NCBI GenBank assembly: GCA_963716725.1
Contig: CAVQUB010000011.1
Span: forward strand, 160,001-224,000
Length of the DNA stretch: 64,000 nt
From: an uncultured delta proteobacterium
GTDB lineage: Bacteria; Myxococcota_A; Polyangia; Polyangiales; Polyangiaceae
Direction of reading: 5' to 3'
Both the position numbers and the translations under genes were made by a program. The notes below the pieces were generated by a model that searched no databases, was not told where the DNA came from, and saw only the letters and a list, made by a program, of their open reading frames with translations. Positions 53,623 through 63,059 of this stretch are shown here, piece after piece; positions within the stretch are counted from its first letter, which is position 1; every line of letters begins with the position of its first letter.

Positions 53623-54927
53623 ATGCGCAGCCTATCTTCCGCCCTGACCTTGTCGTTCGTCCTTGCCGGTGCGTTCGCGGCTTGCAGCGCCGATAGCGAA
53701 GGAGGCGGCGGCACCAGCAGCGGCGGTACCAGCAGCGGCGGTACCAGCAGCGGCGGCACCAGCAGCGGCGGCACCAGCAGCGGCGGCACCAGCAGCGGCG
53801 GCAGCGGCGGCACCAGCAGCGGCGGCAGCAGCGGCAGCGGCGGTACCAGCAGCGGTGGCAGCAGCGGCAGCGGCGGCAGCGCGGGCACCGATGGATCGGC
53901 CGGCGACGCTGGCATCGCAGACGTGTCCTTCACCTACGACGGACCGGTCGGCGACGACGGCAGCATCGGGGACGCTTGCGCGGCCACCACGGTGAAGGCC
54001 GATCCGGCGCCGCTCGACATGTTCATCATGCTCGACAACTCCGGGAGCATGGGCGCCGACTGCAACATTGGCCAAGGCACCACCAGCAAGTGGTGCTACT
54101 CGATCAACGCGCTGTCGCAGTTCTTCACGGCTGCCCCCACCGGGACCGGGGTCGCGATGCAGTACTTCCCCAAATGTGCGCCGTCGGCCTCGGCCTCGGA
54201 CTGCACGACGGGTGGTGGCTGCGCCACCGCCGAGGTTCCGCTGGGATTGCTCCCAGGAAACCTGGCCGCGCTGAATGCCTCGCTCGACGGGACAACCCCG
54301 AACGGCGGCACGCCCATGGAAGCCGCGCTGAACGGCCTGACCAAATACACGCAGCAGAACAAGCAGGCCGGGCGCGTCATGATCGGCGTGTTCATCACTG
54401 ACGGCGTGCCCGAGGGTTGCACCACCAACCCGAACACCCTGGCGGGCATCGTGCAAAACCACCTCACGACCAACGGCATCAAGACCTTCATGATCGGGAT
54501 GGATGGTGCGAACTTCGGCACGCTCGATTCCATCGCTGCCCCCGGCGGCGCGTCCCCGCACACGCAGTACTGCGGCGGCAGCAGCCCCTGCTACTCGTAC
54601 GACGTCGACAACGGCAACCCGGCGGCCTTCAACGCGGTGCTGGCGGCGATTCAGAAGAGCGCCGTCGCCTGCCAGTACGCCATGCCCACCACCGACGGCG
54701 GCATCATCGATCTGAACAAGGTCGAGGTGCAGTACTTCCCGGCGGGCAACCCGCCCTCCCAGAAGCTGCCCAAGGTCGCCAACGCCGCGGCCTGCGCCGG
54801 TGGCGGCTGGTTCTTCGACAGCGCCGCGAACCCCAAGTCGATCCTGCTGTGTCCTTCGAGCTGCACTGTCGTGCAGCTGGATACCAAGGCAAAGATCGAG
54901 GTCTCGCTGGGCTGCCTCGGGTCCTGA
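53623..54927 (+). CDS. VWA-domain lipoprotein with Gly/Ser/Thr tether
   Basis: Lipobox FAAC, MIDAS DNSGS, GGTP, ITDG; Cys-containing C-terminal domain. Confidence 0.88.
   Translation: MRSLSSALTLSFVLAGAFAACSADSEGGGGTSSGGTSSGGTSSGGTSSGGTSSGGTSSGGSGGTSSGGSSGSGGTSSGGSSGSGGSAGTDGSAGDAGIADVSFTYDGPVGDDGSIGDACAATTVKADPAPLDMFIMLDNSGSMGADCNIGQGTTSKWCYSINALSQFFTAAPTGTGVAMQYFPKCAPSASASDCTTGGGCATAEVPLGLLPGNLAALNASLDGTTPNGGTPMEAALNGLTKYTQQNKQAGRVMIGVFITDGVPEGCTTNPNTLAGIVQNHLTTNGIKTFMIGMDGANFGTLDSIAAPGGASPHTQYCGGSSPCYSYDVDNGNPAAFNAVLAAIQKSAVACQYAMPTTDGGIIDLNKVEVQYFPAGNPPSQKLPKVANAAACAGGGWFFDSAANPKSILLCPSSCTVVQLDTKAKIEVSLGCLGS
53707..53880 (+). repeat. 15-bp GGTSS coding repeat
   Basis: GGCGG(C/T)ACCAGCAGC x6 contiguous plus variants. 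Confidence 0.9.
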
Positions 54928-54934
54928 GCCGCGT

Positions 54935-56392
54935 TCACTTGCGAGCGACGGTGGCGGGCACGGGCTCAGGGCTGCGCCAGCTCGCGCCGAGGTCGTCGGA
55001 CACGAGCACGGAGTAGCTCTGCTCGGGCTTGGCGGCGGCACCGTAGAGGAACACACGCTTGCCCACCGCGAGGAGCCGGCTCGGGACCCGGGCCTCGACC
55101 CGCGGCTCGAGGTGCGCGGAGTCGTCGTAGGCCACGGTGAAGGGCGTCCAGAGCTGCCCGTCGTCTCGAGTCGAGGCGACGCGGACGATGCCGCCCATGG
55201 GAACCGAAACGATGGTCGCGCCGTCGACTCGGGCCAGATCGAGGGCCGCGCCCAGCGTCCCTCCCACGCCCGCGAAGGTCGGGGCCGGCATCGCGACGCA
55301 GCGCGCGCGGTGGCCACAGATCGAGAGCCGAACCGACTTGTCGCTCTCGCTCCGGTGGGCGACCACGAGCGCCTTCTGATCGCAGGCCACGGAGACGAGC
55401 TCGCTCGAACCGGGGCCAAGCGCCGTGGGGAAGGGCGGCGCGTCCGGCGCGTGGGACACCACCAGCAGGGACGACGAGTCCTCGCTCAGCGCGAAGGTGT
55501 ACGCACGTGGACCCGCGGGACAGCGTTCAGCGAAGCCCTCGCTGCCGCGGACGGGCGACGGGCGCCAGTTGAGCCCCCCGTCGCTGCTCTGGTGCACGCT
55601 CAGGTTCGCCGCCTTGCCGAAGGCCACGGTGAGCGCCCCGCCCACCTCGCCCACCGCGCGATACCCGGCGCGCCACGCCGGAAGACCGCGGCCGACGGCG
55701 GGCCTGGCCGTCTCGACGGGATGCACGGCCTCGTGCTGCGACATGCTCGGCCTTACGAGCTTGACGTATCCGCCGCGCACGAAGGGCCACGCGCTGCGCG
55801 CGAGCTCGGCGAGTCGATGGCCGGTGACGCCGAGATCCGACAGCCGCGCCTCGGCGGCTCCGGGCCCACCGTATTCGGCGAACGACCAGGCCTGTACCTT
55901 GTGAGCGCGCTCGGCGGCGGACGAGCCCGTCAGCTCCAGGGCCAGGTTCGCGCAGTCCTGGAACGGGCGATCCGCGGCCTCGGCGCTGATCAGGCGACGG
56001 CGGACCAGGGACGCGAACTCGGGTGAGTTGTCGCGGAGCAGCGCTGGCCCCGTCGGACCCACCATGCAGAGGCCGTAGTTCGCCAGCTGAGTCGCCGTCG
56101 AGTGCAGCTTCCAGGTCGCCTGCGCGCGCGGGTGGAGAAACCACGCTGCGCCCAAGACAATGGCGAGCAGCAGCACGGTGCGCAGCCGGATGAAGGGACC
56201 GGACTCTGCTTCGGGCGGCGGTGCGCTCTCGAGGGCCGGAGCTGGCGGCACCGGCCCCTTGGGGATCGCGACGTTGCGGGGCAATGACCCCGGCGGGCGG
56301 CTCGAGAAGGGCGAGCTCGGCAGCTCGGCACGAGCCCAGGCCGCGCTGCCCGGCGCGATACGGTGGTTGGAGCGCGGGGCGGGGCCGGCCAT
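54935..56392 (-). CDS. Membrane-anchored protein with BNR/Asp-box repeats
   Basis: One TM; SSDGGLNW, TRDDGQLW, SDDLGASW Asp-boxes. Confidence 0.6.
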   Translation of the reverse strand: MAGPAPRSNHRIAPGSAAWARAELPSSPFSSRPPGSLPRNVAIPKGPVPPAPALESAPPPEAESGPFIRLRTVLLLAIVLGAAWFLHPRAQATWKLHSTATQLANYGLCMVGPTGPALLRDNSPEFASLVRRRLISAEAADRPFQDCANLALELTGSSAAERAHKVQAWSFAEYGGPGAAEARLSDLGVTGHRLAELARSAWPFVRGGYVKLVRPSMSQHEAVHPVETARPAVGRGLPAWRAGYRAVGEVGGALTVAFGKAANLSVHQSSDGGLNWRPSPVRGSEGFAERCPAGPRAYTFALSEDSSSLLVVSHAPDAPPFPTALGPGSSELVSVACDQKALVVAHRSESDKSVRLSICGHRARCVAMPAPTFAGVGGTLGAALDLARVDGATIVSVPMGGIVRVASTRDDGQLWTPFTVAYDDSAHLEPRVEARVPSRLLAVGKRVFLYGAAAKPEQSYSVLVSDDLGASWRSPEPVPATVARK

Positions 56393-56444
56393 CTTCGGCT
56401 CGCAACCTAGGGCACGAGCACGAGGTTGGCCTAGATTTCGAAGC

Positions 56445-57617
56445 TCAAAATGCGGCCTCGAGATCGGACCAGAGGTCCTCGACGTCTTCGATCCCGACGC
56501 TGAGCCGAACGAGCCCGTCTCCAATGCCCGCTCGAGCTCGCAGCTCCGGGGGCATGGTCGAGGCCGTGGTCGAGGCGGGATGCGTCGCGAGCGAGCGGAC
56601 GTCGCCTAGGCTCACCGCGTGGCTCACGATCCGTACCGCGTCGAGCAAGCGGCGGCCCGCGTCCAGACCGGCAACGAGCTCGAACGCGAGCAGCGATCCG
56701 AATGCTCGCATCTGCCGCCGTGCGACCTCGTGGCCCGGGTGGCTCTCGAGCCCCGGGTAGTGGACCCGCGCGATGGCGGGGTGCTCCGCCAAGCGCTGGG
56801 CAAGGATCAGGGCCGATGCACAGGCACGCTCCTGCCGGAGCGCGAGGCTGCGAATGCCCCGGGAAATCAGGAACGCGTTGAAGGGCGCAAGCACGCCGCC
56901 GAGGCCCTTGACCACCAGGTCGCGCACCGGCTCGGTCATCGCCCGAGATCCGACGACCACCCCGCCAATGGCGTCACCGTGCCCGCCCAGCGCCTTGGTC
57001 ATGCTGTGCACCACGAGATCGGCGCCAATACCGAGCGGGTTTTGGCAGTAGGGCGTCGCGAAGGTGTTGTCGACCACGAGGCAGATGCCCCGACCGTGGG
57101 CCGCCTGGGCGAGCGACTCGAGATCCGTGATGCCGAGGGTCGGGTTGGCGGGCGTCTCGGCGTAGACGATCTTGGTCGAGGGCCGCAGCGCGGCGACATA
57201 GGCATCTACTGAAGTGGCGTCCACGAAGGTCGTCTCGATGCCGAAGCGCGGCAGTCGCTCGCGCATCAGGCGCGCGGTCTCACCGTAGAAAGCCAGAGGC
57301 GCGACCACGTGATCGCCTGCCACGAGGCGCGAGAGCAACGCGCCGGTCACCGCCGTCATGCCGCTCGCCGTCGCCACCGCGCCTTCACCGCCTTCGAGGG
57401 CCGCGACCTTCGCTTCGAGCTCGTCGACGGTGGGGTTGCCCCAGCGCCCGTAGATGTAGTGGTCGCCCTCGCCGCGGAACGCCGCTGCAGCCTCATCGGC
57501 GCTGCTGAAGGCAAAAGCGCTCGACAGCACCAGCGGCGCTTCGAGCGCTTGGTTCGCGTCACGCCTTTCGCCGGCGTGGACGCTGAGGGTGGACGGACCG
57601 CGACGGGGCTCGGCCAA
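56445..57617 (-). CDS. Cys/Met metabolism PLP enzyme (methionine gamma-lyase / MetZ-like)
   Basis: YGRWGNPT, ETPANP, VDNTFATP, HSMTKALGGH (PLP Lys), RLSVGIED. Confidence 0.92.
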   Translation of the reverse strand: MAEPRRGPSTLSVHAGERRDANQALEAPLVLSSAFAFSSADEAAAAFRGEGDHYIYGRWGNPTVDELEAKVAALEGGEGAVATASGMTAVTGALLSRLVAGDHVVAPLAFYGETARLMRERLPRFGIETTFVDATSVDAYVAALRPSTKIVYAETPANPTLGITDLESLAQAAHGRGICLVVDNTFATPYCQNPLGIGADLVVHSMTKALGGHGDAIGGVVVGSRAMTEPVRDLVVKGLGGVLAPFNAFLISRGIRSLALRQERACASALILAQRLAEHPAIARVHYPGLESHPGHEVARRQMRAFGSLLAFELVAGLDAGRRLLDAVRIVSHAVSLGDVRSLATHPASTTASTMPPELRARAGIGDGLVRLSVGIEDVEDLWSDLEAAF

Positions 57618-57640
57618 GGCTCCGCCCCTGCTCCCGCTCT

Positions 57641-57874
57641 CTAGAGCTTGACGTCGTCCGTGCGCAGGCGCTTGCGACGACGGCGAGCGGCCTCGCTCAT
57701 CTTCTTGCGGCGCTTGACCGACGGCTTCATGTAGTGGCGACGGCGCTTGAGCTCACGAAGGATGCCTTCGGCGGCCATCTTGCGCTTGAGATGTTTGATC
57801 GCGCGCTCGATGCCTTTGTCACCGACCACGACCTCGAGGGGTTTGCACTGAACGGCTTCGCTGGGGGTAGTCAC
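57641..57874 (-). CDS. rpsU: 30S ribosomal protein S21
   Basis: IERAIKHLKRKM..EGILRELKRRRHYMKPSVKRRKK; start GTG 57874 inferred. Confidence 0.93.
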   Translation of the reverse strand: MTTPSEAVQCKPLEVVVGDKGIERAIKHLKRKMAAEGILRELKRRRHYMKPSVKRRKKMSEAARRRRKRLRTDDVKL

Positions 57875-57918
57875 GGGAGCGCGGGATATGGCAGACGGAG
57901 AGAGGATTTTCAAGCGCG

Positions 57919-58299
57919 ATGCCTACTGATCCGACAATCTCACCCACGGCCGTCCGGGCTCCCCACGGGGCCAGCGTCTTCGAAGTGGCCTGGGCGGACG
58001 GCCGGACTCAGCGCTATCCACATAGAATCCTTAGGGGTTTTTGCCCGTGTGCGTCCTGCCAGGGGCACTCGGGCCGGATCGGCTTCCTCGAGCCACCGAA
58101 CACCGAGCTGCGCCACCTGAGCCAGGTGGGCAACTACGCGCTGGCCCTGGTCTGGGGGGACGGCCACGACTCGGGCATCTACTCGTTCCGGTTTCTGAGA
58201 AGGCTGGGCGACCTGCTCGAGGCACATGGGGCGCCGGGGCTCGAGGCCATCGGGGAGCTGCCGCGCTCCGTGATCCCCGACGGGGGGCCGAGGACGTGA
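57919..58299 (+). CDS. DUF971 (GBBH-like N-terminal) protein
   Basis: W.DG, LRGFCPCASC, VGNYAL...WGDGHDSGIYSF..L. Confidence 0.88.
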   Translation: MPTDPTISPTAVRAPHGASVFEVAWADGRTQRYPHRILRGFCPCASCQGHSGRIGFLEPPNTELRHLSQVGNYALALVWGDGHDSGIYSFRFLRRLGDLLEAHGAPGLEAIGELPRSVIPDGGPRT

Positions 58300-59261
58300 A
58301 GCCCGAACACATCGCAATCGTCACGACCTCGTTCCCCGAACGCGCCGGCGATCCTGCGGGGCACTTCGTCGCGACCGAGGCGGTGATGCTGGCCAAGGCC
58401 GGGCACCGCGTGACTGTGATCGCGCCAGGATCGAACCGGGAGTTCGACGGGCTCAGGGTGATCGGCGTCGGTGCGGGCTCGAGCTTCGGGTGGCCGGGAG
58501 CCCTGACCATCATGCGCTCACGACCCCATCGCGCGCTCGGCGCCGCCGCCTTCGTCGCCCGAGCCCGCCGAGAGCTCCGCAGCCTGCCCTGCGACCGGGT
58601 GATTGCCCACTGGCTCGTGCCGTCGGGCTGGCCCATCGCTACTGCGGCGTCCATTCCCCTCGAGGTCGTGGCGCATGGCAGCGACGTGCGCCTGCTCTGC
58701 CGGCTGCCAACGGCGCTTCGTCACCACGTCGTCTCCCGGCTCTTGGCACGACGCGCCCGCGTGCGCTGCGTGTCGGACGAGCTTCGCGACGAGCTCGTCG
58801 CCTGTGATGCGCGCCTCGCTGGGCAGATCAGCGTCGATCCCGCGCCCATTGACACCAGCCACGCGCCCGATCGCCCGCGCGCGCGGCGCCTGCTCGGGCT
58901 GCCGAAGGCGGCGCGCCTGATCGTGATCGCCGGCCGGCTGGTGCTCTCCAAGCGCGTGCACGTCGCGCTCACGGCCGCTGAGCTGATCCCGAACGCCATC
59001 GTAGTCGTGATCGGTGACGGTCCGGAGGCCTCGACGCTCGCGGAGAGCCACCCGGACGCGCACTTCCCCGGGCTGGTCCCCCGGGACCACGCCCTGACCT
59101 GGATCGCCGCTGCGGATCTGGTGCTTTCCGCGTCGCGCACCGAAGGCGCGCCCACGGTGCTGCGCGAGGCGCGCGCTTTGGGCGTGCCCGTCGTCAGCAC
59201 CGCCGCGGGTGATCTCGAGCGCTGGGCGCGATCCGATGGCGAAATCTGGGTCGTGGACTGA
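58296..59261 (+). CDS. Glycosyltransferase family 4
   Basis: VTTSFP...GHFV, AHGSD, GRLV..K, EGAPTVLREA (EX7E). Confidence 0.85.
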   Translation: MKPEHIAIVTTSFPERAGDPAGHFVATEAVMLAKAGHRVTVIAPGSNREFDGLRVIGVGAGSSFGWPGALTIMRSRPHRALGAAAFVARARRELRSLPCDRVIAHWLVPSGWPIATAASIPLEVVAHGSDVRLLCRLPTALRHHVVSRLLARRARVRCVSDELRDELVACDARLAGQISVDPAPIDTSHAPDRPRARRLLGLPKAARLIVIAGRLVLSKRVHVALTAAELIPNAIVVVIGDGPEASTLAESHPDAHFPGLVPRDHALTWIAAADLVLSASRTEGAPTVLREARALGVPVVSTAAGDLERWARSDGEIWVVD

Positions 59262-59262
59262 A

Positions 59263-60816
59263 TCAGAAGCGTGCGCCCGCGCCCAGCTCTGCTCCGCCGC
59301 GCCACACCGGGCGCGTTGCGCTCCCGCGCTTCACCCCCAACGCTCCGGCGCTCGCCGAGAGCTCCAAGAACAGGACCTCAGCCACGCCGTAGCGCGCCGA
59401 AGCCACCGCAGCGCCCCCCAACGCGAGGGCGCGGTACTCGTCCTCGACGTCGAATCCGAGCGGCTCCAGATCGGCGGCGTCCTTGCGCCGCACGACCTCG
59501 CGTAGCCAAAGGACGCTCGGGCCCAGCCCCGCACGCAGCTCGGCGCGCCCGAGATCGAACACGTACTCGAGAGTCGCCGTCGCATCGAGCGATTGGACCT
59601 CGACGTCGTTCGCACCGGGCGCATGGCGGCCGGCGGCGCCCCCGAGGCGCAAGGTCATTCCAAGATCGGACAGCCGCGTCGATGCGCCCAACTCGAGGCG
59701 GGGCACGAGCGGATGAACGTTGGCCGTGGTCAGCCCCGCGGCGACGAATACTGCATGAGGTCGCAGCACGAGCGTGCCGCCCTTCGCAGCAAGCTCTTCG
59801 ACCTCCACGGGACGAAACTGTGACGCCGTCAGTTCGCGACGCTCACCTCGAGCCAGGGTCAGCGTCACCGCCCCGGCGCCGCCAGCACCCCGCCGCTGGA
59901 GCAGGTACTGCCCGGGCGGCAGCGCGATCTCGGTCGTGCCTTTCGGCGTGGCCCAGACCTCGGCTTGCACGGTCTTCGAGCCCGTCGCGTACGCCAAGTA
60001 GTGGGTGTCTCGGGCCGCCGGCAGGCTCAGATGCGCGGCGCCCGCATCTCTATAGGTGAGCACCAACGGCGTGCTCTCGTGCAGTCGATACTCGGCCTCC
60101 GGCCGCTGAACCACGCCCGACCCGCGCGCCGTCCGGTACAGGGTCTGATGGTAGGCGTAGGTCCACGCCTCACTGAGCGTCACCTGCTGGTCGCGATTGC
60201 GATCGGCGCTGCCTCTCAGCCCGCTCACCAAGAAGTGAGTGAACACGGCGCCCTGAAGCTTGTCGGATTCCTGCGCCGCTTCACCGTCTGCCGATGCGTG
60301 CAACCAGACCGATCCCGAGGCCTGAGGGGCGTCCACGTTCAACGAGAACGCCGGCGTCTCGCGCACGCCCTTGGCTCGGGTCGCTTCGGTGGTGCGGCAC
60401 GCATCGGTGATCACCAAGCGGAGCCCGGCGCGAACCGAGTCGATGCGCTGGCGGAGATCCGCGAGCGTGACGCTCTTGCCGGCCAGCAGCAGGCGAGTAC
60501 GGTCGCCGTGCGCGCTGACGTAGACGATCAACGTCACCTGGTCTTTGGCTTGCTTCGCGGCGATTGCCGCCGCTTTCGACAGGGCGGCGTTCAGCTTGTC
60601 CTCGGTGGCGTCGGTAACCACGATAGCGTTCTCAGGCTTCACGCGGCCTTGCTTGATGAACACTTCGGCAACGCGCTTTGCGTCGCGGTCCGCGTGTCTC
60701 AGCACGGCCTGCTCGGGCAGACCCCGCCGTTGCCCCGCACTGACCAGGACGCGAATCGGCTCCGCCCAACTCTGAGACGTCCAGAGCAGACACACGAGGA
60801 CGAGCCAGACCCTCAC
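59263..60816 (-). CDS. Secreted caspase-family (C14) protease with PEGA-like spacer and C-terminal beta-barrel
   Basis: Signal peptide, L..ADRDA, YVSAHG (His), ITDACR (Cys), AQES...GAVFTHFLVSGLRG.AD; about 8 amphipathic strands ending in Phe. Confidence 0.85.
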   Translation of the reverse strand: MRVWLVLVCLLWTSQSWAEPIRVLVSAGQRRGLPEQAVLRHADRDAKRVAEVFIKQGRVKPENAIVVTDATEDKLNAALSKAAAIAAKQAKDQVTLIVYVSAHGDRTRLLLAGKSVTLADLRQRIDSVRAGLRLVITDACRTTEATRAKGVRETPAFSLNVDAPQASGSVWLHASADGEAAQESDKLQGAVFTHFLVSGLRGSADRNRDQQVTLSEAWTYAYHQTLYRTARGSGVVQRPEAEYRLHESTPLVLTYRDAGAAHLSLPAARDTHYLAYATGSKTVQAEVWATPKGTTEIALPPGQYLLQRRGAGGAGAVTLTLARGERRELTASQFRPVEVEELAAKGGTLVLRPHAVFVAAGLTTANVHPLVPRLELGASTRLSDLGMTLRLGGAAGRHAPGANDVEVQSLDATATLEYVFDLGRAELRAGLGPSVLWLREVVRRKDAADLEPLGFDVEDEYRALALGGAAVASARYGVAEVLFLELSASAGALGVKRGSATRPVWRGGAELGAGARF

Positions 60817-61523
60817 GGATCCACCAGGTAGCTGAACGGGATCGCGGTGACGCCGGTCGGGACACGGTCTTGGCGGGCCTTCGCGACGGCGTCCGGATGA
60901 CCCACGATGATCCAACCGCGGCTCCGCTCGGCGTCGAAGGTCGCAGCGCGCTCCGAGAAGTGCGTGCCTGCGTCGAGCTCCGCGGCAAGCAAGAGCGGCA
61001 CGTACTCGCCGGTCGACGTGAGCACGCCCGCGGCGACGGGCGTGGGCTCGGCCAGGCTCACCTCGACGCGGATCTGATCTCCCGGCACGACCCCGAGTTC
61101 ACCGGTCACGCGCTGCTGACGGCCCGCGCGCTCGACGATCACGAATACCTGCGCGGCGCCCTTGAAACGCGTGTCAGGACCGATGGGCCCGGCGGTCGGG
61201 CTGTGGGTGGGATCCGGGCCGGAGGGCGCGGCCACCTTCGGCAACCGACCCAGGTAGAAGATGAGGCCCGCCGCGACCAAGAGCGGCGGCCCGAAGTAAG
61301 GCGCCAGCCGCAGCACCTTCGCGCCGCGCGAGAGGGGATCAGCCAGGGCCGCATCGAGCGACTTGCGATCGGCGCCGTCCTGGCGATACGCCGCCAGCTC
61401 TCGCTCGAGCGCTGCAACGTACTCGCGACAGGCCGCGCACTCGGCGAGGTGGCCCGTCGCTTCCGGATCCGAGTCGCCGGCGACCACGGCTTCGAGGCGA
61501 TAGCTGGGCATGTGCTCATCCAT
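60813..61523 (-). CDS. ZAS-type transmembrane anti-sigma factor
   Basis: HLAECAAC (HxxxCxxC), single TM, periplasmic beta domain; overlaps ECF stop. Confidence 0.8.
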   Translation of the reverse strand: MDEHMPSYRLEAVVAGDSDPEATGHLAECAACREYVAALERELAAYRQDGADRKSLDAALADPLSRGAKVLRLAPYFGPPLLVAAGLIFYLGRLPKVAAPSGPDPTHSPTAGPIGPDTRFKGAAQVFVIVERAGRQQRVTGELGVVPGDQIRVEVSLAEPTPVAAGVLTSTGEYVPLLLAAELDAGTHFSERAATFDAERSRGWIIVGHPDAVAKARQDRVPTGVTAIPFSYLVDP

Positions 61524-62052
61524 GGGTCGATGCCTCGGGGTTCGAGTCGAGCAGTCGGCGAGCGTGGTCGCGGATGCGTTGCAGTCGCTTGTTGACCGTA
61601 ACGCGCGAGACTCCCAGCGCTTCGGCGGCCTGCGCCTGGCTCATGCCGTCGATCAGCGTGCAAATTGCCAGCTCTTGGTCCTCCTTCGGGAGGTCACCCA
61701 GTGCCCTGCAAACCGCGTTGCGCGCCTCGAGATCCACGCCGGGAGGCGCCGCGAGGTCCGAGGCCGCGTCATCGACGTCGTCGGCCTGCCGCAAGCGGCG
61801 CCCCCGCCGCAGCTGATCGAGGGCGGAGCGGTCCACCACCTGGTGCAGCCACCGGAGCGGGTGTTCCGCCGCGCGGTAGGCCGCACCCTTACGAAGCAGC
61901 TTCAGCAGTGTCTCCTGCACGACGTCGTCAGCCAGGGCGACGTCGCGCGTGATGAGCAAGGCGCGACGTCGCATGAAGAACCCGTACCGTTGGTACACGG
62001 CGGCTACTTCCTCACGGCTGAGTCCCTCGGTCACCGTTCGCTGCTCTAACAC
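61516..62052 (-). CDS. ECF sigma factor
   Basis: ADDVVQE, LRWL...ALDQLR (region 2); GMSQAQAAEALGVSRVTVNKRL (region 4). Confidence 0.92.
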   Translation of the reverse strand: MLEQRTVTEGLSREEVAAVYQRYGFFMRRRALLITRDVALADDVVQETLLKLLRKGAAYRAAEHPLRWLHQVVDRSALDQLRRGRRLRQADDVDDAASDLAAPPGVDLEARNAVCRALGDLPKEDQELAICTLIDGMSQAQAAEALGVSRVTVNKRLQRIRDHARRLLDSNPEASTHG

Positions 62053-62085
62053 GACGCGGACGGCGCGACGGCCTCGGAGCGACCC

Positions 62086-62946
62086 TCAGTTGGCAGGACA
62101 CGGCCAGCCCGCCGGCGGCGTGGCCTCGGCGTGCGTGTAGATAGTGGTCTCGATCGAATGCTCCTGATAGCAAGGGCCGTCGTAGACGACGGTGTCGATG
62201 GAGTAGCCGTACTGATTGTCACCCACTTCGCAGGACAGATTGGGATCGCTCGCGCTGGGGTACTCTCCGTCCGGACCCTTCACCCCCGGCGCGGCTTGGG
62301 TGGTGCTCCCCGATCCGGTGCCCATCGTGCCGTCGACGCACATCAGGCTCTGCGCGTCGTCGGAAGCGTCTTCCGTCAACACCAGCTTGGTGCTGAGTGG
62401 AACCCATGCGAACTCGTCGCCTTGCTTCGAGATTGACGCGATGTTGAAGCCCGGCTGGGGTTTGGCGCCGGTCGGGTCGGTGAGGTCCGGAGGCGGCGCT
62501 CCATCGAGGTAGACCAAGAGCCGGTCGGCGTCGCGCGCCACGATCTTGTCGATGGCCTTGGTCGAAGACACATCCAGGAGATCGAGCTTGCCGTTGCCGT
62601 TGAGATCCTCGTATGCGACCAACATCGCCCACGCGCCCTTGGTACTCTTCGGGTCGTCGTCATCGAGAGGCCCCATGAACGCCTTCGGAGGCGGCTGGGT
62701 GACGGCCAACGAAAAACCGTTGAGTGACGCCGACTCGGGTGCGATCTCGGCTGCCACTGCGTGACTGAGGGACGAGTACCAGAGCAGCGCCACGCCCACC
62801 TTGCCGCTGCCGAGCGACCCGCTCGTACTGCTGACAGCGCCATTGAGCGTGACCAGCGTCGACGGGTCACCCTCGTCTTCGGGCAGGCTGCCGCACGCCA
62901 AGCCGGTGGTCGCAAGCAGCAAAGATCCAATCAAAAGCCGTTTCAT
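62086..62946 (-). CDS. Lipoprotein, first gene of ECF operon
   Basis: Lipobox GLAC; EF-hand-like YEDLNGNGKLD; GGAGAG SD. Confidence 0.8.
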   Translation of the reverse strand: MKRLLIGSLLLATTGLACGSLPEDEGDPSTLVTLNGAVSSTSGSLGSGKVGVALLWYSSLSHAVAAEIAPESASLNGFSLAVTQPPPKAFMGPLDDDDPKSTKGAWAMLVAYEDLNGNGKLDLLDVSSTKAIDKIVARDADRLLVYLDGAPPPDLTDPTGAKPQPGFNIASISKQGDEFAWVPLSTKLVLTEDASDDAQSLMCVDGTMGTGSGSTTQAAPGVKGPDGEYPSASDPNLSCEVGDNQYGYSIDTVVYDGPCYQEHSIETTIYTHAEATPPAGWPCPAN

Positions 62947-63001
62947 TACATCTCTCCCAGGTTCACCGCCGGCGTCGGTCGCCAGCGTCGTTCACCCTCG
63001 G

Positions 63002-63046
63002 GACGCAGCTCCCCCCGAGAAGTGTAAAGGCGGCCGCTGATTTTTT
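63002..63046 (-). promoter_or_regulatory. Putative ECF-type promoter
   Basis: Minus strand: A-tract, then TTACA-N17-CGTC, about 55 nt upstream of lipoprotein ATG. Confidence 0.4.
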
Positions 63047-63059
63047 CGCGTCCCTCCCC

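Noticed and set aside
56425..56440. sigma54-like AGGCCAACCTCGTGCT on minus strand before the Asp-box gene
   Set aside because: Correct GG-N10-GC spacing but poor -24 match; could be chance in high-GC DNA
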